Notes under the pieces: generated by a model
What the model was told of the DNA's origin: nothing
The model's input: the letters and a program-made list of their open reading frames with translations, nothing else
Databases searched by the model: none
In this document: piece by piece, positions 1 to 14,616 of the stretch
How positions within the stretch are numbered: position 1 is the stretch's first letter
How the letters are laid out: the number at the start of each line of letters is the position of its first letter
DNA from: Dicyema japonicum
Taxonomy: Eukaryota; Animalia; Dicyemida
Assembly: GCA_011109175.1 (NCBI GenBank)
Contig: RDEW01000023.1
Location: 848,154-912,153 of the forward strand
Direction of reading: 5' to 3'
DNA length: 64,000 nucleotides
Program-made: the position numbers and the translations under genes

Positions 1-482
1 TATACAGAAAGGATCTCGCTCTTTCTTCACTAGATGAGTTCACTGACAGAGGTCACGCATGAAATATGGTCTCATTTTGACGGTGGGAACTGGGATCACT
101 AAGTTAGTTAAGGACGTTCTTTCTCTGACACGGTGATGCTGGGGACTTTCTCTAAAAAGAACCAAGACTATCTAGAAAGTAACAACCGAAGGAGGACGCT
201 CCAAGAGATCAGTCAGATGCATTTGGTGAAGCGGGAAATTGAAGTCGTATCAAGACAAAAGGTAACCGTCATGTAGCCGGCAGAAGGTAAGAGGTGCACG
301 ATTTTTTTGAGTCACATAGTAAGTCTAATAATTGTGTAAATTTTAATAAGGCATGTAAATTACTTCCTAACAAAACAATCAAAATATTGAATAATTAATT
401 TTAATTAAAATTCTCAACCACAAATTAAAAATCCATTTCACAACCCACATATGGGCATATCGACTTTTAATGCGAGGTTTAG

Positions 483-797
483 TGGTCACGTGGTTTCATG
501 TGGTTACTTGATTAAAGATTTCTATTTGTTTTTTTATGTTCCTCCTCTCCCCTTTTTAATAGAGTGTCGTCATGTGATCCACCCGTCTCAGGTGGTGCCC
601 AGACTCAGGAAAAGGATCTTTTGCTCCTCTATCCTGTTGGAAGAGTTTCCAAAACTGCAAGAAATGGACGTCTATACTGGTTCTGGATGAACTTGTGGAC
701 TCTTGGAAGGACTCTGTTTTCCTGACAGTGTGAACTAGATACACTTAACTAGTTACCAAATGCTAATTTTTTTCTTGGTGTATTCTGGGTTAATAAT
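483..797 (+). mobile_element. Short non-autonomous retroelement family A, divergent copy
   Basis: Similar along its length to copies at 13351-13671, 13810-13977 and 28763-29088 (GTCATGTGATCCACC..GGTGG.GCCCAG; 3' GGGTTAATAA tail). Confidence 0.75.
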
Positions 798-1252
798 ATC
801 GACTTTTAGTTTCCACCACACCTTAACGACCTCCAAATATAATCATTAGACCGCCTAGAAGATTCAAACTGAACAGGAAGATTAAGTATTACTACTTATA
901 GACCACGTGACAAATCGAGAAAGAAAGAACCAGTAACCTACTAGCCGATCCCCGCTCTCATGAGAGCTCCCTGTGATCATTCGACGATTCGTTTAATAGT
1001 GTTATCTTACATGGTTCGAGTATTGTTATGATCCCACGTTAAGTCAACAAAAAAAACTATTCTGCCTTAAAAACCTTAGATGACATGACCACGTGGCTTC
1101 TATGTTCTTCCAAGTAAAATCTAAAGGTGCTAATAAATAAAGATAACAATCATAAAGGAATAAAAATAATATGTTAAATAAAATTAGTATTTTATTGTAT
1201 TCAAATTGATTATTATTATTTCAAAAATGTTTCCTCATAATTAGTTGAATTA

Positions 1253-3640
<2,388 letters not shown>

Positions 3641-4213
3641 ACGGATATTTAGTGATTATTTCTGTATATTTATTTTAAAACATATTTGTTTTCAATTTGT
3701 AGCTTTGTGGTAATTTGTGGTTGCCTGCCATATTTTTTAGTATTCTGTGGTTTTATTTAATTCTATGACCCCTATTTTCGTAGAAATTCAACTCCTAAGG
3801 TCATAAGTGGAAGATTTTCCAATATCACGCACAAGTCCATCCACATCTAACAGGAAAGGAAAAAAACATTGAGTCGTGAGAACCCCTTTAATGAGGGAGA
3901 GGAAATGATACTTTTCTTGCCACCCGTGATAAGTAGCGACTTATCAATCTATTAAAAATACATTTTAAATTTTCTGTCTTTCTATTTTCATCATTACATG
4001 TTGTCATTGGTGATTGTTGCTGTTTATTTTTTTAATATTTTGATTTTCGTTGTCAAGGTAACACGGTTGACTCAAATTTNTACGCTAGCTATCACATCAT
4101 CTACTTATGGATAAGATTTTCTGACCTTCATTGAACAATTATGAAAAATATGGGCAATTGACATGAAAAAGATTAGGATATAATTTTTTTTAATTTTCCC
4201 AGCTAAATCATAA

Positions 4214-6900
4214 TTGAATTGTTCGTCCTATCGGCTTATCAGAACTTGGAAGCGTGGGATCTCCTGCTCTGCTTGTGGAGATTTCTTCCACCTCGGGTGT
4301 ATCAAGCAATCCCAAGCAGCAGCGAGCGTGCTTGGAATATGGCACTGCCAGTCGTGCCTGGGCCTATGCAGGGAGGTTCCCCGTGCACGTGCCAATGTTA
4401 AATCTTCCGTTAATTACCCATCAACCACAGACCCTGAAACATTTCTACGTCTCATCTCTGAATTATGTTCTTCACGGACTATCCCTGTGAAGATTCCCAA
4501 GGTCGTACAACCTGTTGCTGCTGAGGCCCTTTCTAAAACGATCAAGATTCCCTCCGGACTAACGCAATACATGATTGGATGCGCTTATTAAGTTTTGCGC
4601 CTTCCGCACTAGGACTTGATCAAGATGGTCACGAAGAGGAGTCTCTCGCTACCACCATGAGGACCAATATTCGTTCTTTTTTGGGAGATATCCACATCCC
4701 CAGTTGTCCCATGGCTTCTAACCGTACGAGGGAGACACGTGGTCATAACAAGGAAGTCGAAGTGCTCCGTCTCAAAAGAACTGTCCGTTCGAAGTTAATC
4801 GAAGGTGGCACCCGCGCAGCTATCAGAGCACTTTCCTCGAGTGGACCACGAAAACCGACTCCAGACGCTTACAATATTTTACTGAACAAGCATCCACTGC
4901 CACCTCAAAACCTACGCCAAGTCGCTCCCCCATCCGGAGTGAGTCCCCTGATTACATCAAACGATGAAGTTCTCCTCGCAATACGGAATTTTGCCCCTAG
5001 TAGCAGTGGCGGGCTCGACGGAATGAAACCTGGCTACCTGAAGGATCTAACCTTCTTGTCTGTAGGAGACCAGGGACTTCGTCTTACGAATTCAATTACT
5101 TCACTTATGAATCAGATCTTGTCAGGAATTCTTCCCGAAGTTATGCCCCATGTCCTGTTCTCTCCCAATTTGATAGCCTTCAATAAGAAGGGCGGCTGAG
5201 TACGACCAGTTGCGGTCGTCTTTGTCTTCAGAAGACTTGCTGCTAAAATTGCCTCTAGACATTCTATTCCACTCGTCACAAAATTCTTGAACCCCTCAAG
5301 TAGGCGTCGGTATTCGCTTGGGATGCGAGGCCGCTGTCCATTCAGTGAGGATATTGTTAAACCACAATATAGAAGATTTCCGGAGCAATGTCCTGGTCAA
5401 ACTGGACATCAAGAACTCCTTTAATAGTCTAAGAAGGGACAACATCCTGGAGGCGTGTGTTGAGAGATGTCCTAATATTTTTGAATTCGTGAATCAGTTA
5501 TAGAGCCTACCTTCATTCTTACTTTTCGGAGACTACCTAATCCATTCATATTTTGGAGTGCAACAGGAAGATCCCTTGGACCCCTATTGTTTTGTCTTGC
5601 AATAGAGAAAATCACCAAACTTCCGCGCTCGCTCCTCAACCTATGGTATCTGGATGGTACGATCTTCGGAGGACCCCGGATACTGTTTCCCGGGACTTGG
5701 AAGTGATAATTCCAGCTTTGTTGGAGCTGGACTGGAATTAAATTACACTAAATGCGAAATCTACAATTGCGGACTTTCAGAGAAAGTATTCAAAAGCTTT
5801 GTCATGTTTCGGAAATTTACTGCCTGGAAGTATTTCCACACCCGATGAAGAACTTATATTCCTCGGATCCCCGATCACCATAAATGCAATGGGAAGAGCT
5901 ATACGTGAAAAAGCGACTGTTACTCGGAGAGACTCTGAACCGCTTGTGTCTACTTGACATGCATACAGCATTATTCCTCCTGAAAAACAGTCTGAACATG
6001 CAGAGCCTTGCATATGTCCTGAGGACTGCTCTCTATATCACCCTGTATGACCAACTCGCACAGATTAACGAGATCTTCCGTACGACAGCGGAACGTATCT
6101 TCAACGTCCGGTTCGAGGATTACTCATGGAAGCAAGCCACGCTGCCAGTAAGACTCGGAGGACTTGGAATTCGGAACCCTGTGGACCTTTCCCTCCTTTC
6201 ATACCTATCATCGCTAGTGGCTGTAACTCTCATGTCAAGAGGATTCTACACTCTATACTGAATTCTGCTATTGACAAGGACGCCGACCATGCTTCGTAAG
6301 GCCTGGAGCGCGAACTTATCAGCTTTCCTGCCTTCCTCGTTTTCTCAGCGGGGCTTGGACGATGCTAATATGCTGGAATTCTTTCAAAGATTTGCTAGTG
6401 TCATCTAGCCAACATCGCCGTGCTGCTTGTTGTCGGGGGCGTCTTCGAGAGCGGTGCCTGGCTCAACGCCATTCCCAATGGAGTTCTGGGTACCTTCCCG
6501 GATGATGAATGCGTACGTATTGGGATCTCATTGCGACTGGGATTAAAAGTCTGTGCTCCACAATCCGTGCCGATGCGGAGACAAGATCGACTGTTTTGGG
6601 CCTACACCCTCTCTCCTGTAGGAAGGGTGCAGGAAGATTTCCCAGACACATGGCCCTTGAACGAAGTCGTTAGGCGAGCTTTGTACGCCGCCGGACACCC
6701 CTCCATGCTCGAATCTGTCAGCCTTTGCAGGCGGGACGGGAAACGACCAGATGGGATGACAATATTCTCTTTGAAGCCGGGAAACCTCTTGTCTGGGACG
6801 TTACCTGCACCGACAATTTTCCTCTTGCAACCTACTCCAGAGTGCCTCTGGAGCCTGTTCTGCCGCTGAGAAGGCCGAGAAGATGAAACGGGAAAAGTTC
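4214..6900 (+). mobile_element. CRE-clade non-LTR retrotransposon, degenerate (PHD-like finger, RT, RLE endonuclease)
   Basis: CSACGDFFHLGC...WHCQSC; SSGGLDGMKP; KLDIKNSFNS; PVRLGGLGIR; SGAWLNAIP and RRDGKRPDG. Multiple stops and frameshifts. Confidence 0.85.
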
Positions 6901-6959
6901 GAATTTGAGTTTCATCGGTTATCGCACATATTTTTTGTTCTCTAGAAAATAAAATTTGA

Positions 6960-7671
6960 TAAAATACTTGAATATGCCCCTGAACGAAGATATGTATTCA
7001 TTTGTAATTAAAATTGGAGTTATGTAAATCCAATATACAGAAAAATATCTATGACATACTACTGTTTAGTACTTTTTGCGCTACAGTCAATTTTCAAGAA
7101 AACAAAAACATATTTGGTGATATTTGGATTGCTTGTTGAAGCATTTTGCTCATTATTTTAAAGATCTCGACTGTAAAATTTTTGCATGGATACAGACTTC
7201 ACTTTTTGATAAAATAATGAATTTGTATTGACAACTTTTGAAAGAGATAAATTTATAGAATTTTCATGTTATTCATCATTGAAACAAAAATTTGAAAGAA
7301 CCACTAATTCATTTTTGGTTGAATCGATGTAATGAATATGAAATTTTGTCGATAAAAGCAATGAAAGTTTTCTTGACGTTTGTTACCTCATATTTATGCG
7401 AAACTGGATTTTCTGCACTAGGTGCAATGAAATCTAAATATCGACGTATTAGTGATAATGAGCTACGAGTAACACTCTTCTCAATGACACCAAGATTTTA
7501 AAAACTTTGTGTCAAGAATGAAAAAAATTCTTACTAACTTTTTGTGTTAAAAAATTTTTAACTTGTTTCTGCTAAAAAAATATTTATATTATATCATGGA
7601 ATATAAAGGGAGGCGCAAGATTGTATATTTTTTCTACGAGAGGCGGGTGACAAAAAGGTGGGAAACCTCTG
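6960..7671 (+). mobile_element. hAT (Buster/Charlie-like) 3' fragment
   Basis: Dimerisation-domain motif FLTFVTSYLCETGFSAL...KSKYR (7292-7501) and a terminal AAAAAGGTGGGAAACCTCTG resembling a hAT right TIR. Confidence 0.7.
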
Positions 7672-7699
7672 GTTTAGGGGGTCTCACTTTTGTTTTTTT

Positions 7700-10190
7700 T
7701 TTTCCACTGCATACGTAAAGAATAAATCCAAGCATAAGGCTCGCATTGAACAGTTTATGTAGGACATGAAATAGGACGTCCGTCCCTCCGTGAACAGGAA
7801 CATGTTTATATATCATGTCTCGGAGCGTTTGATCTACTATCTCTGATCGCTGATTTGACTTCCCATATGGTAACTACTTCATCCATGGTTCATAGTCTCT
7901 TCTCACAATTTCATAAGGAATTAGATACATTGGATTACGCCTTGAATATTTTCTAGTTAATGCTTGAAGAGAGAAAGAATTTCTTCCATCGGGTAGAAAC
8001 TGGCTTGTAGAAGTACACTCTCCGCATCTGTCCTAGAACACACGAGCTTTTTATAATTCTTCCAGAGAGATGAATTTCTATCATCGATTTTGAAACTTGG
8101 TCCTTCCATTTTTCCCGAATCGTCCCAACATAGCTAATTAATAGCTGTCCTGACCAAAAAAAACTCTTTCGGATAAAACCCCACTCTGTCCTATCAACAC
8201 AGCGTCTTTGTCCCTAGTCGATTCTTTCACGTATTAGTTTTAGAACTATAGACAATGCAAAGTTGTTTTTGCGTTACTTGAGAATACCTTCCATATAGTC
8301 GCAGATACGTCTGCATGGAATTAGATTTTTATCCGCTAACACTATTTCCTCTCGATTCGAGAATTCTTTATTCCAACCACAAAACTCTTTGATATGTAAT
8401 TTTGATAGTGACCCCAATTTACACAGGATACGTCGAATTTGATTAAGATATCTTCAACGATATCAGACTTCTAGCTGAGAGAGATTTCCTTAAGCATATG
8501 ATCACTTCACAAAATTCCAAGCATTCTATGCATATCCGCAAAAACGAGAAGTGGGGACAAAACAAGAAAAACTCCTGAAAAATTCAATGGGACCTTGCGT
8601 TGACATGCACCTTCTTCACATTCCCTCACTATCATTAACATTGACAAAATTGTTAGACAATTTTGCAACAATAGTGACAGCATCTCCGTAGGGATGCTTG
8701 AACCTTTGCAGACGTAGTGAAGGATTAGTTCCATAGTCCTTCTGAATACGAACTCTTTAAGTAATTATAAATTGAATACACTATCTCCAATGTTAAATTC
8801 ATATTCGATCGATGCACTCCCATCTTTTTATTCATACTTTTATAAGGGGAATTCAAGTCTACCGAGGAAAATCAAATTTGTAATCACCTTTGTATAATTA
8901 TAGCACTTCATTCTTTGACAACAGTCTTGGTACTAGGCATCAGGTCAAAGTGAGGATATTTTCTAGCGTGGATTATTTTACAGCAGTCTTCTTTTTTCGG
9001 AATGAAATACGTAATCCCTGTATAGAACCATTCTTCCGGGCAATATTCACCACTCACTCTCTTGATAATCTCTCCATCAGATAACTATGAAGAGAATCGA
9101 ATTTTTTGACAAAAAATCCATATACTCCATCACAGCCAGAGGTCTTCCAATTCGACGTATAGTGAATAATGTTCTTAACGAACTCAACTCTAACGGTGAC
9201 TCCTCTGCTTCTGTTATTCGCCTCCCAACAATATTTCTGTGAGAATAATTCTGCTACTTTTCCCATATATCTTTCCAAAATAACACGCACTCATCTTCTG
9301 TAACTTTACAATCACTATTAATGACGTCATCGTTGAGCCTCTGATAAAACCTCCTAGAGATTTTTTTCAGTTCTCCCTTCTTTGATTTCTTGTATCCAAA
9401 CGAACATAAAACATCAAGCGTTTTCTCCTTTTCTTCTTTGACTGCTTCCCATTGACTAAGGCACAATTTTCTTTAAATTTGGCAATTCTCTTCTCCACGC
9501 TTTCCCTCCAAAAGCTTTTTACTGGTCGCTTCTTTGTCAAATTTTCATATACGCATTGTGCAGCATAAATAATGTCAGTCGTTCGAGTCCGTTGGCGGAG
9601 ATGATGACACGTAATTTGATATCACTGCATTTAATGTGGAAAGGAACATTTTTTTTAAAGCAACTTATATGGAATCTTCTGTGTAGATTTCCTTCCATCT
9701 AGGGGAACTGATTTAACTCTCTCAATTTGAACATAAATTCTTTTTTGCATTTTCCATACATGGAAATTTCTGTTTTTGGTAAGCTGTTTTCTGAGCCTCC
9801 TGATCGATTAAAGCATCTCGATTTTTCTGGTTCACGGGCGTCTTTTTATTAAGCTTTACATTCAATAGTTTTCTAACGCCGAGTGCACTTTTATGAGTGG
9901 AGAAACGAGCATCGAATCGCTGGGCGATGAGACTCCATCCACCCAGAGGGATTCTCCCGAATCTCCTTTTCGCAGAGTTGACAACCATTGAGATCCACTT
10001 GATCCTGTCATCTGATCGAATCTCAGTAATTAATGCTTTGAGGGACAGCAGAAGAGCAGGAACGTTTCCCACAGGGGATCGTATGCTAGTTCCATTGGCA
10101 TCATGTAATCCTGTAGACACACTTCTCACTTCTAATTGTTTCAATATTCTCTGTAAGACGTCCCTCAGGATTTGTTTGCAAACTGGTTAA
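7700..10190 (-). mobile_element. R4/Dong-like RLE non-LTR retrotransposon, degenerate
   Basis: SNWKTSGCDGVYGFFVKKF (R4-type NWKAPGPDG region) and GYKKSKKGELKKISRRFYQRL. Related pieces at 32230-32940, 43660-44110 and 52018-52940. Confidence 0.65.
8600..8903 (-). mobile_element. Fragment of the Ginger-like integrase element nested in the R4-like element
   Basis: Near-identical reverse complement of about 19706-20012. Confidence 0.85.
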
Positions 10191-10249
10191 GACAGACATA
10201 CACAACCAATATACAGACATACAAACATATTATCAAAATATTTTTATAA

Positions 10250-10410
10250 TTATTATTATTATTGAACCAGAAAACCACCGTCATATCCAAAATATACAAA
10301 ATTCAGGTGATCCCGGCCTCTCTCAACAGTCTTCGTATCTTTTCTCGGTGTTCAGACTGCGTTCCAGCGCACTTCCGATATGGGCGGGGTCCGCATACTC
10401 GAGTCCTTCG
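10250..10410 (-). mobile_element. 5'-truncated 3' end of Vingi-like LINE family B
   Basis: Encodes EHREKIRRLLREAGIT* then an (AAT)n tail. The same terminus recurs at about 85, 13150, 17650, 26310, 34410, 36100, 36520, 49370 and 50060. Confidence 0.7.
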
Positions 10411-10489
10411 CATAATAATATTTTAAATTATTTTAAAATTAATATTTTTATTCGATAATTTAATTTCAAATAATTTCTCAAATTTTTTC

Positions 10490-11899
10490 ATGCGGTATTT
10501 ATCCTCACTTGTGTCTTCAATCTACAAGCAGAGAAGACTACGACTAATTGAACTCCTCAGTAATCATGGCAACTGTATTGCGATTATCCCATCTTCCACT
10601 ACTCACTACTCTGCGCCTGATGTGCTTCACTTATTTAGACAGAACATGGATTTGTACTATTTAACAAGGCATACGAAGCCGGATTCTATTTTTGTACTGT
10701 CCCACGTGAATGGCACTTTTGGTGATTATTTACTCCTCTCTCCTTTTTCAAAGTGAAGAGCTTGTTGGGAGGGAGAGTCGCTCTCTTTGAAGAAAACGGC
10801 TGATTTATACTAGTTGAGTTATACTTTTGATGTCGGGAAGATCATAGACGTTTAAAGCCAATACAAAAATAAACATATTTTTTTTGACAATCTGGACCCT
10901 CAATTAAAATGGCCCAATATTTGCCACAATTTGAACTTGGCGAGTAAATTGCCGCTGTATCCATTCCTTCAGCCAATGAGACTAAGGAAGGATCTCGAAG
11001 AGGTTGAGACGATTCGTCAGTCTTGTCAAATTATGGGAGATTCTTTAAAACACGTGCTGAAGCTAACTCAAAGAAAAAATGTATGAATTGACCACCAACA
11101 CAATTAGATGTTTGAGTATCTCATGATGAGTGAAATTCGGCATCAATGTGTTCTCAGAGGATCCCATGGGATGACCTTCCAGTCCGTAGTAGCCTGCATG
11201 TGATCTTGTTATAAACAGGTGGTTTGAATTCTACCATTATTCACTATATGTATTATATAGGGATTTTTAAACTCGGGGATCTTATACTAACTGATACTGG
11301 ATGTCACGTGGGTTATTATATCAGTGATTTAACTCGAGTGTGGCCTTCCAGTGGGTGTCCCTTGTATAATTTAAAGGTACGTTCTCTGAAACCCTCTGAA
11401 AGAGATGTCTACGAGTGTGTCTTGGAATCCAATCTGGCGTGCATTGAGTCGTTTAGAAGTCATAATACCGTTAATTTTGTGAATAATTAAATGTATGAAG
11501 TATTGGCTGAAAATTTGGTTAAGAGGGGAGTTGTTACGACTGAAATCACTAACGTCACTAATCTTTGGTTGTTACATTTTAAATTAGGTTGTGAGATCGG
11601 AATTGTGCCTCCACAACGTGTCTCATTATTTGGGACTGGATGTCTATGATACGGATTCCGTTAGTAGATGTGCGTCCTTGAAGTCGGGATTTGTAATTAC
11701 AGTTGAACCTAGTATTTGCTGTGAGAAACATGTAGGTTTATATTTGGACAAAAATTGTCATTTTGTGAATGAAAAGTACAGGGGGATTGGAATACGAATT
11801 GAGGATGAATTGCAAATAACTGATGATGGGCTGGAGGTATTGACGAGTAATACCCCAAAGGAGATTAGGGATGTTGAAGAATTTCTTAACGATTACTAA
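10490..11899 (+). pseudogene. XPNPEP3: Xaa-Pro aminopeptidase 3 (mitochondrial Icp55-like, M24B), apparently disabled
   Basis: FRQNMDLYYLT..PDSIFVL, WEG, IIHY, DTGC..YISDLTRVWP, SHYLGLDV, ITVEP, GIRIED. In-frame stops TGA 10754, TAG 10811, TAA 10853, TAA 11488. DVH changed to DVY. Micro-introns present, one GC-AG. Confidence 0.75.
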
Positions 11900-12399
11900 A
11901 AGTTCTAGTAAAATCTTGGTTATATAAGATATTTTTGCTTTCGTTTTTATTACTATTATTGTTTAAGCGGGAAATTATATTCATAAAGACTAGGTTTATC
12001 AGTTATTTAATGATTTCGGAGAGAAATTTTGAGATTATTGAGAGCATAGTTTGAATATCTAGAGGTTTGCCATCACCACAACCATTAACCACTTTGCTAA
12101 CTAGTCAGAATAATGATTATTTCAAATATACAAATTAACAGAATGTTTAATTTGTATTGTTCCAGTTACATTTGCACAATAAGCTACAGTGATTATCACT
12201 TTTGATTGCTTTATGCCTTTTCTGTCTTGAAATGAAATTGAGAAGGAAAAGATTGAAAAAAGAGTCCAGTTTCATCCATCTTTCCCCGGGGACAATGTCA
12301 TTACCTGGAGACAAGTTCTGGAACGCTGGTACGAGTCAAGATCAAGGAGTTATTAATTTGGTTATCCTTGGTCTTTGGAATAAATTTAATTTTTAATGC

Positions 12400-12560
12400 T
12401 GTTTACTACTGTCTGACTTGTTAATCGTAGTTTCACATTTTTCAAGGTTTTTAAGAATTTCTGAAAGTGTCGAAATTCCCAAATAAAAGTTCATTTTTAT
12501 TTTACAGATATGGATAATTCTCTGAGAGTCATTTTTGATGTATTTTTATTTCGCAAATCT
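12400..12560 (-). mobile_element. pogo/Tigger transposase N-terminal fragment
   Basis: Reverse complement closely matches 38020-38160 inside the Tigger element. Confidence 0.65.
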
Positions 12561-12922
12561 TTCTTTTCTGTGCAATAGAAATTTCGATCCTTTTACTAAC
12601 CATGTAGCACTGTAATATTTAAATTTAAAATATAAATTCATTTAAATGTAGAATAAAAACAAAAAAATAATCCCAAATTTTAAATAAATGTTTTTCAGAT
12701 TGCCTGTTTGTATGGAAACCTTATGAAGCTATTCCTTTCAGAAAATCCCAGAGGATCCTTGGGGTGACTATTGACATGCATATGTCATTCTCGCCCCATG
12801 TTGAAAACGTACTTACGAGATACGAAAAGAAAACTAATGTTCTGAAATGCCAACTTGCCCTTGCGCGACTGTTGCTTTGTGCATGTGGTATATGGAGACC
12901 ACTCATCTCTTAGACGAATGTC

Positions 12923-13200
12923 TTGAAGATTGAGGTTAGCCGGAAAAGAGCCTCCAAAATCACAGAACGCAAGATTTCTGGAGAGTTCCAGCCACCATTG
13001 CCACTTGAAGCCTTGATACGAGTGAACCATGGAAAGCGCCGTCGTGACTGCGAAGGTCTGGTCACTCGACCGACACGTGCTTGTTTGGGGTCGAGGGAGG
13101 AGCATCGGACCAAGATGAGGTCCCTGCTAAAGCGTGCTGGGATCACGTGATTAGTTAGTTTGTGTAACCATGATCTCTTGTGTTATTGTTATGGAAACTT
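12923..13200 (+). mobile_element. Vingi-like LINE family B 3' end
   Basis: RPTRACLGSREEHRTKMRSLLKRAGIT* followed by the family 3' UTR. Confidence 0.75.
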
Positions 13201-13350
13201 AGTAAAAATTTTTCTGACTCATCAAAAAAACTCGGATAATAAGGGTTTACTGTAGTTTTATTTCATTTTGGCATTTATTTTTTTTAAATGAAATAATGAG
13301 GAAACGTCATGTATACACGAATATGAGTTGAGCGAGTACAAAACCGTGAT

Positions 13351-13671
13351 TTAATTTAATTTATTAACCCCGAATACACCGAGAAAGAAGTTAAAGTAAA
13401 CAACTAATAAAATGTATCCAGTTTCCACTTCTATAGAAAGAGTCCATCCGGAATCAGCATAAAGGGTAAGACTCCATAGTTGCAGTTGTGGAAACCCCTT
13501 CAGTGGAGTAGAGGAAAGCAAATGATCCTTTTTCGTGCCAGCCTGGCACTGGGCGCCACCTAGACAGGTGGATCACATGACGCCAATCTAACAGGAAGAG
13601 AGGAGGAACAGACAAACAAAACAGAAACTTCAATCAATTAGCCACGAAGCACCACATAGTGCCACGCGGCT
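13351..13671 (-). mobile_element. Family A short retroelement, full copy
   Basis: High identity to 28763-29088; ends GGGGTTAATAAATTAAATT. Confidence 0.85.
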
Positions 13672-13809
13672 ATTTTCAGCTTCATGGTGGAGCCCTTGTT
13701 TCCTTCTTATCGTGACCATGGACTAAGTGATGAGGAGACATCAGAAACTCCAAGTACTGAAGGGTTGTGATTGGAACTTGAATCCCAAACGTTATAAATA
13801 GATATTCTC

Positions 13810-13977
13810 AATTAAAGCTTCTGTTTGTTCGTCTGTTCCTCCTCTCTCTTCCTATTAGAGTGGAGTCATGTGATCCACCTGTCTAGGTGGCGCCCAGTGT
13901 CAGGCCGGCACAAAAAAAGATCATTTGCTCTCCCCCACTCCACTGATGGGGTTTCCACAACTGCAAGTATGGACGTC
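13810..13977 (+). mobile_element. Family A short retroelement, partial copy inverted relative to 13351-13671
   Basis: Reverse-complement match to about 13480-13640. Confidence 0.85.
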
Positions 13978-14344
13978 ATATGCAAGATTGTTCAATAACC
14001 GAATTTATTTAATAAAAGATTATTTGGGTTTTATTAGTAATTTAATTATTAATTTAATAATAATATAATAATAATAATATAATGGAAATTAAATAAAATT
14101 TAAAAAACACATGTTGCATGTTCTATTGTTGTGTTTTCGTTATTTGTTCTCAATTGGGCATTTGATAATTTTTGTGTCTTATAATAAGTATTAATTTGTG
14201 TATATTTTAATAATTGCCGGCAACACAGCACTATTATATATTAGTGCCGCCAATATCGGCAAACATTAATAGAGTGTCAATAATGCACATTCTAACATTT
14301 TAGTTATCTCTTAACTTACATCATTAATAGAATTTTCAAACAAT

Positions 14345-14608
14345 TAAGACCGGGGGTGACTTCTGAAAATGGTATTTGGCTAAACGCCATTCTAATGAGT
14401 TTTGGCTACATTTCTTGATGATGACTACATCTAGGATTAAAGGTCTGTGTGCCCATGCCGATGAGGAGACCACTTTGGACGAGCCGGACAATCTTCTGTA
14501 CTCAAGCGACTATGCCTTTGCTGATGTGACCGAAACCCACTCGATGGGATGACCATCTTTCCCTTTGAAGGCGGGAAACTTCTTGTCTGGGACGCCACTT
14601 GCATCAGA
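14345..14608 (+). mobile_element. CRE-clade RLE fragment
   Basis: GIWLNAI and DGMTIFPFEGGKLLVWDATC remnants. Confidence 0.7.
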
Positions 14609-14616
14609 GTCTAGAC

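Noticed and set aside
4050-4100. Spliced-leader RNA gene as the CRE target upstream of 4214
   Set aside because: Only an AAG|GTAAC and a U-rich run spanning an N; no repeat copy or recognisable SL structure.
8507-8734. Single 75-aa ORF as a gene
   Set aside because: Chimeric read-through of the nested Ginger fragment (wrong frame) into R4 RT remnants.
10754-11490. Stop-codon reassignment explaining the XPNPEP3 stops
   Set aside because: All three stop types occur at positions expecting different residues. MARK, ATOS and TMEM70 end in TGA, TAG and TAA respectively and need no readthrough.
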